From Felis catus (lineage: Eukaryota): a stretch of DNA of 64,000 nt. The DNA is taken from NCBI RefSeq assembly GCF_018350175.1, contig NC_058382.1, positions 57,786,001 to 57,850,000 on the forward strand, read 5' to 3'. The position numbers and the translations under genes were made by a program. The stretch's first letter is position 1; every line of letters starts with the position of its first letter. A model generated the notes under the pieces. It was not told where the DNA came from. It made no database searches and saw only the letters and a program-made list of their open reading frames with translations. Shown here piece after piece: positions 1 through 10,555 of the stretch.

Positions 1-1545
1 CGGGGCCAGCATTACCCTGACACCACAGCCAGACACAGACACGCTGCAGGAAAACCACGGACCAGTATCTCTTACGAGAGGACACGCAAAAATCCTTGAC
101 AAAACAACAGCCAACCAAATCCGATAGCAGATTAAAAGAACCCCACGCCACAACCAAGCGGTAGTCATCCCTGGAACACACGCGTGGTTCAACAAACAAA
201 AATCAATTCATATGACTCGCCACGTTAACAGAATAAAGCATAAGGATCTCACACTTGTCTCAACAGATGAAGAAAAGGTATCTGGCAAAATTCAGCACCC
301 TTCCATGATTAAAAAAAAAAAAAAAGCTCAACTATAAATAGAATGTACCTCAACATAATATATGTGTGAAAAGTCTACAGCTAACATCACACTCAGCAGT
401 GAAAATCAGGAACAAGGATGCCCATTTCACCACTCTTAGTATCATACTGGAAATCCTAACCAGAGCGCTTAAACACAAAAAAGAAGTAGAATGCATCCAA
501 ATTGGAAAGGAAGAAATAAAACTGTCCCTGTCTGCAGATGACCTAATCCTATATATTGAAAACTCTAAAGATTCTACAAAAAATAAAGCAAAACAAAAAG
601 ACTGTTAAAACTAAGAAACAAATGTAATAGAAGTTGCAAGATATAAAATCAACATGCAAAAAATCAGTCACATACCTACACACTAACAACAAACTACCTG
701 AAGAGGGTATTCCGAAAACAATTCCACTTACACCAAAAAGAATACAATACCTGGGGATAAACTTACAAGGAGAACTTTGTATAAACTACTAAAATATTGG
801 TGAAAGAAGTTAAAGACACAAATGGAAATACATCCCATGTTCATGGATTGGATCATTAAAATGCCCACACTACCCAAATTGATCTACAGATTCAAAGTGA
901 TCCCTGTCAAAGTCCCAATGGCATTTTTTAGAGAAATAGAAAAATAATTTATTAAAAAAAATTTTTTTTTCAACATTTATTTATTTTTGGGACAGAGAGA
1001 GACAGAGCATGAACGGGGGAGGGGCAGAGAGAGAGGGAGACACACAATCGGAAACAAGCTCCAGGCTCCGAGCCATCAGCCCAGAGCCCGACGTGGGGCT
1101 CGAACTCACGGACCGCGAGATCGTGACCTGGCTGAAGTCGGACGCTTAACCGACTGCGCCACCCAGGCGCCCCATGAAAAATAATTTAAAACTTCATCTA
1201 GAACTACGAAAAGATGACAAATAGCCAAATCAATCATGAGAACAAAGAATAAAGCTGCAGTATCACACTTCCTCACTTCAAAATATATTACAAAGCCACA
1301 GTAATCAAAACAGTATGGTAACAGCATAAGCCCAAACATACAGCCCGACGGAATGGAACAGAGCCTAGAGATAAACCCAGGCATTTATGGTCAGCTGATC
1401 TTTGACAAGGGTGCTAAAAGCGCATAATGGGGAGAGGACAGTCTCTTCAACAAATGGTGGTGGTGGGAAAATTGGAGATCTACATGCAGAAGAATGAAAA
1501 TTGGACCCTTACCTTCCCACCTACACAAAACTCATCTCAAAATGG
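1..1545 (+). mobile_element. Degenerate L1 ORF2 (reverse transcriptase region) fragment interrupted by a SINE
   Basis: ORF 366-608 contains ILEILTRA...IQIGKEEIKLSLSADDLILYIEN (L1 FADD motif region); window opens in ASITLxP-like ORF2 sequence; multiple frameshifts. Confidence 0.9.
952..1173 (-). mobile_element. Young felid tRNA-derived SINE (SINEC_Fc-like)
   Basis: GGGGCGCCTGGGTGGCGCAGTCGG head, (CT)n and A-tail; 13-bp target duplication gaaaaataattta at 939-951 and 1176-1188. Confidence 0.95.
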
Positions 1546-1559
1546 ATTCGACTGCACAA

Positions 1560-2195
1560 CTCCAGGGCAGAAGACACGGGGTGAGAACTTAGGTCTACAC
1601 GGAAACCCGCACACGGACGTCTGAAGCAGCTTTCCTCGTAACTGCCAGAGCTGGGCGGCGACCAAGGTGCCCTTCCAGAGGTGGGTGGCTAAATTAACTA
1701 CGGCACACCCCGGCAACGAAGTCATCGCTCCACACTAAAAAGAAATGAGCTCCCGAGCCTCGAAAAGTCACGGAGGAAACGCGTACGCTCGTCGCTGAGC
1801 GACAGAAGCCAATCTGAACGGGCTCTGCGTCTGGTCTGAGCCCAACGACACGATGCTTTCTGGAAGACAGAGCTATGAAGACAGTAAAGATGAGCGGCTG
1901 CCGGGTGGGGGGAGGGGAAGGAACGAACAGGCGGGGCCCAGAGGTTTCTTCAGGGCAGTGAAGATACCTGTGCACACCTGTCCTTACACGTTTTCCCAAA
2001 CCCACAGAGCTCACACTGAGAGTGGGCCCGAATGTGAACCATGGGCTTTGGGTGAAACGATGCGTCCGGGTCGGCTCACCACTGTAACAGAGGTGCCCTC
2101 TGCTGGGGGCCGGGAGTGGGGTACGAGGGCATTCGGAAACCCACCGAACGTTCCCTGCAGTTTTGCTGTAAATCTAAAACCAGTTTTGTAAAAAA
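1560..2195 (+). mobile_element. Old L1M 3' end remnant, strongly GC-shifted
   Basis: Resembles recalled L1M 3' UTR text and ends in ttttgctgtaaatctaaaac. Confidence 0.65.
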
Positions 2196-2477
2196 CTGGG
2201 TGGGTTTTTTTTGTTTGTTTTTTTAAGAAAGGGAGAAAAGAACAAAGGATAAACAAAAGGTTCTCGGATATTAAAACTACCACTGCCTGAATAAAATATT
2301 CACCTAGGAGACAAAGTTAAGGATGTTTCCAGGAAACAAAGAATAGACGGTAAGAAAGAAAATCACACCACCAGTCTAGGCAGTGCGACATTCAATCTGT
2401 AGGAGAAAAACAAAGCGGACAGGATGAAGTTCGCAAAGACGTAACCCAGCACAGCACCCCCGGCCCCCAGAAGTGAA

Positions 2478-2703
2478 AGGCGCCTGGGTGGCTCAGTCGG
2501 TTGAGCGTCCGACTTCGGCTCAGGTCATGGTCTCGCGGCTTGTGAGTCCGAGCCCCGCGTCGGGCTCTGTGCTGACCGCTCGGAGCCTGGATCCTCCTTC
2601 GGATTCTGTGTCTCCCTCTCTCTCTGCCACTCCCCCGCTCATGCTTTGCCTCTCTCTGTCTCTGAAAGATGAATAAACCTTAAATTTTTTTTTTTTTTTT
2701 AAA
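2478..2703 (+). mobile_element. Carnivore SINE
   Basis: tRNA-like head, (CT)n segment, AATAAA and tail. Confidence 0.92.
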
Positions 2704-3378
2704 GCGAAAGGCACGTGTCTGAGACAGAAGGGGTGCGTGAGCCTGAGCAGAGGAGATGGGGTTCCATCCGAGGAGGCACAGACCCTCTTCAGCAGCTGAA
2801 AGACTGAATGAGAACCCGCAGTCTGGCTTACGGCGCCCGTCAGCCGAGACGACCGTGGGATACAGGTATGTGCAAACAGGCTAACGTGCTGACAACCCCG
2901 AACCTTCTCAGGGAGCTGGCAGAGAAATGTGCTGGGGCAGCTGTGGCATCCAGATGTGGACCCCGGGGGGCGGGGAGCCTGAGCGCACGCGTCTCGGGAC
3001 GGCTACGTGGCACCCCCGGAGAAGCCGAGGCTCCTGGAGCGGGGCGGGCGGCAAGGCAGGAACCACCCCGTAACCAGGGAGGCGGGCTGGGGCGGAGGGA
3101 GACTTAGTGACAGGGAACAGGGCACACACACGGCACCGTTAGCTCTAGGAACAAACCCCGTCGTAGTACCCTACTTGGTTTAGCAGCATTTGTTCTGTCA
3201 TCTCGAGCTGTCATACGGTATCGGGGTGCGGATATAGGGGGCGAGCGGGGAGGGGAAGGGAAAGTCGGCAGCGTGCCCCAGACGGCAGATGTGCTGTGCG
3301 TACCATCTCCTCGCCCTTCCCATCGGGCCTGGCAACCGAGCCCTGCCTGCTCCGGCAGATCAAAAGCGAAACCTGGCA

Positions 3379-3545
3379 TGCCCGGGTGGCTCCGTCAGTC
3401 GGTGACGCGTCCGACTCTTGATTTTGGCTCTGATTTGGCTCTTGATTTGATCTCGAGGCTCGTGAGGTCGAGCCCCGCGTCAGGCTCTGCGCGGACAGTG
3501 TGGGGCCTGCCTGGATTCTCTCTCTCCCCCTCTCTAAATAAGCGA
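3379..3545 (+). mobile_element. Degenerate carnivore SINE
   Basis: Diverged head gggtggctccgtcagtcgg...cgagccccgcgtcaggctctg with (CT)n. Confidence 0.75.
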
Positions 3546-4166
3546 GCTTTTAAAACAGCAACGCGAAACAAGTCGCAGATGTGTAGCAGCGTATCTTCGC
3601 TTTGTGTCTTCGGGGTGTCTTTGCTCAAATTGGAGACAGTCTTAAATCTGGTCCCTGGTCCATAGTGTAGGCCACTTACCCTTTCATCGAGAGCGTCGGA
3701 ATGCCACTCCGGGCCACCTGCAGGACGCTCTTCTCCGCTCAGGCGGCCGAAACGAGTTCACGTACGATGGAAGACGGGATTAGCCACCTTTCTACTCGGA
3801 TAATGTTTTCCCTCTCCATCTTAACCCCACCGTCACACTCCTGTGGACGGAGTCAGCGTCACACCCTTAGGGGAGGGACATGGGGCACGTGGCAGCAAAA
3901 TCCTGCGTGGACGCGAGCCTGAGGGTCGCCGCCGGCCCGGCGTCTGTGCTCAGGGCCGTGTCTCCGTGTTCCCACCCGTCTGGGATGCCAGCAGGCGCCT
4001 CACGGGATGGCGCGGGCCCTTCCTCCCTCCGTGGCGGTGGGAGTGCCCGGCCCGGCCGCCCCGCTCACGGGCCTGTGGCTCCCTCGAGCACAAACGCTAC
4101 GTCTGTCGAATGAGGCTGTAGGCGCCGGGGCTCTGGATCCACGAGACAGATTTTTTAAAAAGTGTT

Positions 4167-4172
4167 TTTATT
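4167..4172 (-). terminator. ZDHHC7: Distal polyadenylation signal AATAAA
   Basis: Plus strand reads tttatt inside an AT-rich patch in GC-rich surroundings, followed on the minus strand by U/GU-rich TCTGTCTCGTG. Confidence 0.65.
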
Positions 4173-4563
4173 TCAAAGGGCACCAGAAACACTGCAGGAA
4201 TGCTCACAACCAAGCGAAGTGGGACGCGAGGCGCCCCGCCGGAGCAGATGTGAAGTGTGGGCGCGGCAAAGTCCGCGAGGGCAGCGCCGAAGGCCCACGC
4301 CGCTCGTCAGGGCGCCGGGGCGTTTGGGGGCTTGGCCAACGCCGCGGGAGTGACGGCACCTGCCGGGCCGCGGGTGCCGGGAACCAGGGAGAAGCCAACT
4401 ACCGAAGACAGCGACAGCGTGCGAGGACCCGCGCCACCTACCGAAGCGCCTGGGGCCGGCAGGGGCCGCCGCGCGTCGCACACGGGCGGTGCTGGAGGCG
4501 GCGAGGACACCGGACCTGCACACACTTGCCGAGTCTCACGGGAATCCGCCACTTGGACCACTT

Positions 4564-4569
4564 TTTATT
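4564..4569 (-). terminator. ZDHHC7: Proximal polyadenylation signal AATAAA
   Basis: Plus strand reads tttatt; an upstream UGUA (CFIm motif) lies at 4580-4583. Confidence 0.6.
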
Positions 4570-6280
4570 GATAAACAGGTACACACGTTAAAAGCCTCAC
4601 ACCGAAGCCGGACACACGCGCCCACCGCGGACAACGGATGTGCAGACGTGTGACGCAGCGCGACTCCTGGCGGCTCGCCGCGTCTGGGCCCCTGGGGCCT
4701 GTCCCTCTGGTGGGGACACGGCCCCTGCCCCGCGGCTCTCAGTCCGTCTCCGGGACATCCCTCCGCTTTGCTCGCCCGGCTACAGCTGCGTGTCTCGGGT
4801 AGGTCCCCCGTGGATCTGCGTCAGCAGGGGCGGAAGCCTGACTAGGACAGGGTGCGGGTTCCTTAAAACGAAAACCCAAACCCAAACCCAAACAGCTCAC
4901 GGGTGAACGGAAAGGCGTAGAAGCCGGGAGGGGAACACCGGCTCTCGTCAGCGTGCAGGCAGGCTTGGAGGAGAGCCTCGGGCTTTGTCAAGGACCGCTT
5001 CGTCCGGAGTCCCGCAAAACAGGTACAGACCGGGCAAGTTTAAGGCGAGTCCCCACGGAGGGGAGCTGTTTGCTTTCTGATGGAAGTTTAAGCTCTGCAC
5101 CAAAGGTCCTACTGGATCGCTTGGGACGTGGTGTAAAAACAAACATGAACGACACAAAAAATAAAGCTGTTGCCGTCCTGAATACTCCGCGAGTGACTGA
5201 GGCTCGGGGTCCCGGGGCTCTGCCTTGGGGTCCCCTCACGTCCTCCGTGCCGCCCGTGTCTCTCTGCGAGTGTCTGTGGCCATGCCCGCCCCCCTCCACC
5301 CCCGGCAGCGGCATGCGGCCGCACGGCGTACCCGGCCGCCGCGAGACTTCTCACCGAAGTGCCGCTTGGACACTCCTGATGTGGCTGGAACAAAAAAAAA
5401 CATCAGTTCCGAGGCCCTCACGCACTTGGGACCTGGAAAATGAAGTCAAAACAGGAGGGCAACGAAGGACCACACGGGAGTGATTGTTCTTTGGATCAAG
5501 ACATTCTCCAAAATGCAATACATTCATAATTCATGACAAGCCCCAGGGGACAAGGGTCCCGAGGCAGCTCTCCCCTCATCCCTGAAACCTCGGATTCTGG
5601 AAAGCAGCCCGCCGGCCGCACGCAGCTGTCACCTGTCAGGTCGCCGCAACAACACCGCCCATCTTAAGCACACGCGCGCGCACACACACGCAGACCTGCC
5701 GACAGGGTCGAAGCGGCCTCTTCGGGGCCGTGGGCGCGTGCCGAAGGCCACCTTCACCGTTCAGTGCACAGATCGTTCGCAAACTCAGTGCAAAGTATCG
5801 AAGCTCATCGAGACCAAAGTGTTTTCTGTGTCAGGGCCCCGCCTCGATCAAGGGCGCGCACTAATGAATCCCAGGGCCAACAGGAACGCCCTGAAACCGT
5901 GAAGCTGGAGAATTCTCATTCACTGGACTGACTTTTTTTTTCTCTTCGTGACTGAAAAAAGCAGCTTTAGGACACAGGATTTTAATAACCCGTGTAATAC
6001 CCCACACAACCTCTTAGAAAATGCAGTGTCCCGAACCAGAACCCTAAGTGTGCAGCAAGGTCGTGACACTTCTTCACGCGGCCACGTACCTTCTGTTAGT
6101 CGTACAGGCGGAAACCGGCCCCCGGTCGCTGACGTGGGCAGTCTGCGGTCTGTGACTACAAACATAAAAGTGCTCGCTGCAGGCAACTGGTCTGTCGGTT
6201 CCGTTCGCCCTACTGGTCACAGGTGAGCTGCCGCCGCCCTTCCGGACTCGACTGAACCCCTCCGCGTCCGCCGACGGGCC

Positions 6281-6457
6281 TCAGACGGAGAACTCTGGGC
6301 CTCCTTTCCTGGGCCTGGTCTGCGGCCGCCCCAACCGGAAGCCGACGAAGGGGTTCATCCAGAGGAGCGAGGGGGGCCCCCCGAAGACAGACCGCATCCC
6401 CTCCCATCTCAGCCTCCGCTCCCACGTCGGCTTCTCACTCTTCAGCCTCTCGATCTC
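6281..6457 (-). CDS. ZDHHC7: ZDHHC7 last coding exon, ending in TGA
   Basis: [58 protein letters not shown]; cccag acceptor; 177 nt. Exons sum 315+125+97+82+131+177=927 nt, an intact 308-aa frame. Confidence 0.98.
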   Translation of the reverse strand, partial: EIERLKSEKPTWERRLRWEGMRSVFGGPPSLLWMNPFVGFRLGRPQTRPRKGGPEFSV

Positions 6458-7125
6458 CTGGGGGCAGAAAGGAGAGCAGGTGGGTGGCAGGCAGCACCGG
6501 CAAAGCCCCCGACACGCGCGGGTCGGGCCCGCGGTCACGGCAGAGGAACCGCCACAGGGCGGGATCCGGTTCCGTGGGACAGCCACGTGCTCAGGTGACG
6601 TGTGGCCTCGCGGTCAGCAGGGCAGACCCTCCTTGCCGGGCCGGCCCCGCGGCCTCCTGAGTGCATCCGGGCCGCAGCCACGGGCCCAACCAACATGAGA
6701 CACGGCCAGCCGGGGGCCACCCGCATATAGTGGTGGCAGGGCGGAGCGCGTCCTCTGGGCCGGGGCACCGGCCTTCTTTCCGTTTGTTACACATCTTTAC
6801 CAAGTGTCTGCCCTAGACCCTCCAGGGCAGAGGCATGAAGGCCATCGGGTCCCTGCCCCCCACTCAGCTGGTCTAGGGGCTGGGTCTCCCAGAAACCGGG
6901 ACTCGGCCTGGCTCTCTCTGCCCAGCTCCGCCGACTCTCGAATCAAACTGATGCCTGAACCTGCACGGCGCACAGACAGGGGAATGACCGACACAGGGAG
7001 CCCGCCGCAGCTTATGGAGACGGCCCTACCTCCCGAGTTAGTACACTCGCACCCGTTGTGGCCGCTGGCCTTTCCCACTCACTCAAGCCAAATGCCGGGC
7101 GAGTGCAACGGAGAAGGAAGCGTAC

Positions 7126-7256
7126 CGTTTCGTCATTGCATATGGAGTGAATCTGGGTACCAAACATGACCGCGGTGAACGTGAAAAACAGAAGACCCTC
7201 AAGGCACAGGAGGATCAACAGGATTACAGTCACCGGAGGCGAGAAGTCACTGCATT
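7126..7256 (-). CDS. ZDHHC7: ZDHHC7 coding exon 5 (TM4 and TTxE-like NDETE motif)
   Basis: (E)[43 protein letters not shown]; cacag acceptor and GTACGC donor; 131 nt. Confidence 0.98.
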
Positions 7257-7968
7257 CTGTGAACGAGAGAGAGCGGGCCGTGAGAGGCCACCAGAGCACG
7301 GCAGCCCCCCAAGCACGGGACGGCCCAGCAGCTGCGCACGGGAGCGTCCTCGCGGTGCCGGCCCCGAAGCCGGCGCGGACGGACGGAAGGGCTCATCCGT
7401 AAACGGGCACGTTCGCCGTTCACCACAGGGCGGGGGCGGCCACCCCTCCGGGCGCAGATCCGCTCCGCCGTCTCTCGGTCAGCTTCCCCGTCACCCCAGG
7501 TTCCTGCTAAGACTGCACGTGCACGCTCAACTGCGTACTGACCTTCAGCGACAGCTAGGGGAGGGGACAGCCCTGCAGGCCCCCAGGGGGTGAGTCTGTC
7601 TGACCTGCCGGCCGGTCTGGGGCGCGGCAGTCAGCGCCCACCTGACTCGCTCCTGCCGCGCTGTGCTTTGGGGGTCCAGTGACGCGAGGACCACACGGAA
7701 CAACCCCCAGCTGGCTGACCAGAAAGCAAACGCAAGGTTTGGTGGGAGGATGCTGACTTCCAGGCAGGCTCCCACTCTGCAGAGCGACTCAGCACCAACT
7801 ACTTCTGGACTGAGGAAGGACGATTCTGTGCACGTGGCTTCGATCCACGAGCAAAACAGCGGTGTTAAAACCCGTATTCCTTCCTAAAGGAACTTGTCGA
7901 TTCCTGTAGCTTTTCCCTTTCCGCCTGACGGCGGGCACTTGTGGGAAAGAAACCCACGCCGAGCTTAC

Positions 7969-8050
7969 CGGTCCACTGCCCTCGGACACAGGAAATGAAC
8001 TGGAGGCCACAGAGGATCAGAGCGTGGACTGAGGACAGAGCTATGTACAT
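7969..8050 (-). CDS. ZDHHC7: ZDHHC7 coding exon 4 (TM3)
   Basis: [27 protein letters not shown] plus G; ttccag acceptor and GTAAGC donor; 82 nt. Ser185 is present where paralog ZDHHC3 has Ile182, supporting ZDHHC7 identity. Confidence 0.98.
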
Positions 8051-8459
8051 CTGGAACAAGACAGAAGCCGATTAGCACCCAGGGAGCGATGACGTATTTT
8101 AGGAGCAAAGGCCACGTCGGCGTGTCGACCCTGTCTCGTTCGTCAGTCACAATTAAGGACGGGAGGAATCGGTCCCAGTGGGTGCCGGCTGCCCACCCGA
8201 GGTCATGATGGACGCGGGACGCGTTTCGCCCAGCTGTTAGCACCTGTGACTCAAGGCGTCCGAGCGAGGACGAAACCGCGTCCAATACCTAAACTAACAT
8301 GAGCAGACACGCCTGCCAGGGTGCGTCCTACCCGCCGCGGCACAGTTTACCACGCGGGTCCCGGAGAACCTCGTCAGACGGGAGAGTAAGTTCGCCTGCT
8401 CCGGGCAGGGCTCTAGTTACAGACTCAGCGCGAGTCGGCGCGCGAGGACTTGGACTCAC

Positions 8460-8556
8460 AGTGAAGAGCACGAAAAACCTCTGGTTCTTTTCTCCCACGC
8501 AATTGTTCACCCACGGGCAGTGATGGTCCATCTTCCGAATACACCTTTTGCAAATA
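8460..8556 (-). CDS. ZDHHC7: ZDHHC7 coding exon 3, catalytic DHHC motif (Cys160)
   Basis: (S)[32 protein letters not shown]; ttttcag acceptor and GTGAGT donor; 97 nt. The spliced numbering puts DHHC at residues 157-160. Confidence 0.98.
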
Positions 8557-8690
8557 CTGAAAAGGAGAGACCTGTCGGTGTTCCCAGGCCGCGCATCCGA
8601 CGCGCAGAACATGGTGCTGGGAAGAGGACTCTGGGAAGGGGCTCCTGCTCTGGAGGAGGGGCTGTCGTATCAGCCACGGCGAACACGGGC

Positions 8691-10420
8691 CGCTCTGGGC
8701 AGGGGGTGCTCTGGGGAGGGGGTGCTGTGGGGGGGCTGCTCTGGGGAGGGGGTGCTGTGGGGGGCTGCTTGGGGTAGGGGGTTGCCCTGGGGAGGGGGCT
8801 GTTCTGGGGAGGGGTGCTGTGGGGGGCACTGCTCGGGGCAGGGGGCTGCTCTGGGGAGGGGGCTGTTCTGGGGATGGGGTGCTGTGGGGGGGCTGCTCTG
8901 GGGAGGGGGCTGCTCTGGGGAGGGGGTGCTATGGGGGGCTGCTCTGGGGCAGGGGGCTCCTTGGGGTGGGGGTCTGCTCTAGGGAGGGAGTGCTGTGGGG
9001 GTGCTGCTCGGGGCAGGGGGCTGCTCTGGGGAGGGGGCTGTTCTGGGGACGGGTGCTGTGGAGGGCTGCTCGGGGTAGGGGGCTGCTCTGGGGAGGGGGC
9101 TGTTCTGGGGATGGGGTACTGTGGGGGTGCTGCTCTGGGGAGGGGGCTGTTCTGGGGATGGGGTGTTATGGGGGGCTGCTCTGGGGCAGGGGGCTCCTTG
9201 GGGCGGGGGTCTGCTCTAGGGAGGGAGTGCTATGGGGGCGCTGCTCGGGGCAGGGGATGCTGTGGGGGGGGCTGCTCGCGGCGGGGGTCTGCTCGCGGCA
9301 GGGGGCTGCTCTGGGGAGGGGGCTGTTCTGGGGAGGGGTGCTGTGGGGGGGCTGCTCTGGGGAGGGGGTGCTGTGGGGGGCTGCTTGGGGTAGGGGGTTG
9401 CCCTGGGGAGGGGGCTGTTCTGGGGATGGGGTGCTGTGGGGGTGCTGCTCTGGGGAGGGGGCTGCTCTGGGGAAGCTGCTCTGGGGCAGGGGGCTGTTCT
9501 GGGGAGGGGTGCTGTGGGGGGCACTGCTCGGGGCAGGGGGCTGCTCTGGGGAGGGGGCTGTTCTGGGGATGGGGTGCTGTGGGGGGGCTGCTCTGGGGAG
9601 GGGGCTGCTCTGGGGAGGGGGTGCTATGGGGGGCTGCTCTGGGGCAGGGGGCTCCTTGGGGTGGGGGTCTGCTCTAGGGAGGGAGTGCTGTGGGGGTGCT
9701 GCTCGGGGCAGGGGGCTGCTCTGGGGAGGGGGCTGTTCTGGGGACGGGTGCTGTGGAGGGCTGCTCGGGGTAGGGGGCTGCTCTGGGGAGGGGGCTGTTC
9801 TGGGGATGGGGTACTGTGGGGGTGCTGCTCTGGGGAGGGGGCTGCTCTGGGGAGGGGGTGTTATGGGGGGCTGCTCTGGGGCAGGGGGCTCCTTGGGGCG
9901 GGGGTCTGCTCTAGGGAGGGAGTGCTATGGGGGCGCTGCTCGGGGCAGGGGATGCTGTGGGGGGGCTGCTCGCGGCGGGGGTCTGCTCGCGGCAGGGGGC
10001 TGTTCTGGGGAGGGGTGCTGTGGGGGGGCTGCTTGGGGTAGGGGGCTGCTCTGGGGAGGGGGCTGTTCTGGGGATGGGGTGCTGTGAGGGTGCTGCTCTG
10101 GGGAGGGGGCTGCTCTGGGGAGGCTGCTCTGGGGCAGGGGGCTCCTTGGGGCGGGGGTCTGCTCTGGGGAGGGAGTGCTATGGGGGCACTGCCCGGGGCA
10201 GGGGGCTGCTCTGGGGAGGGGGTGCTGTGGGGGCGCTGCTCAGGGCAGGGGGCTGCTCTGGGCAGGGGGTGCTGTGGGGGCGCTTCTCGGGGCGGGGGGC
10301 TGTTCTGGTGAGGGGGCTCCTCGGGGCGGGGGGCTGTTCTGGGGAGCGGGTGCTCTGGGGAGGGGTATGGGGGGGCGCTGCCTGGGGCGGGGGTGTGGGG
10401 GGGTGCTGCTCGGGGCGGGG
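8691..10420. repeat. G-rich minisatellite, 15-17 bp units such as GGGGAGGGGGCTGCTCT
   Basis: Roughly 100 tandem variant units visible directly; degenerate edge extends to about 8612. Confidence 0.97.
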
Positions 10421-10430
10421 CCTTCGGTAC

Positions 10431-10555
10431 CTGCAGTGATGGGCACGCTCAGGCTTGATGCAGCAGCACTTGGGACACTTGTAGATCACCTCCCCGGGCT
10501 TCAGCTGCAGACTCTCCACGTGCTCCTTAGTGGCATTTCCTTTGGGCACTGCCCC
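10431..10555 (-). CDS. ZDHHC7: ZDHHC7 coding exon 2, start of the DHHC cysteine-rich domain
   Basis: [41 protein letters not shown] plus AG; tacag acceptor and GTACCG donor; 125 nt, ends in phase 2. Confidence 0.98.

Larger units (their letters stand above)
4145..6280 (-). other. ZDHHC7: ZDHHC7 3' UTR (distal end approximate)
   Basis: Sequence without recognisable interspersed repeats running from the stop codon to minus-strand AATAAA hexamers at 4564-4569 and 4167-4172. Confidence 0.75.

Noticed and set aside
8691..10420. Regular repeat array as a possible CRISPR-like locus
   Set aside because: Units are contiguous with no unique spacers, and the context is eukaryotic with no cas genes.
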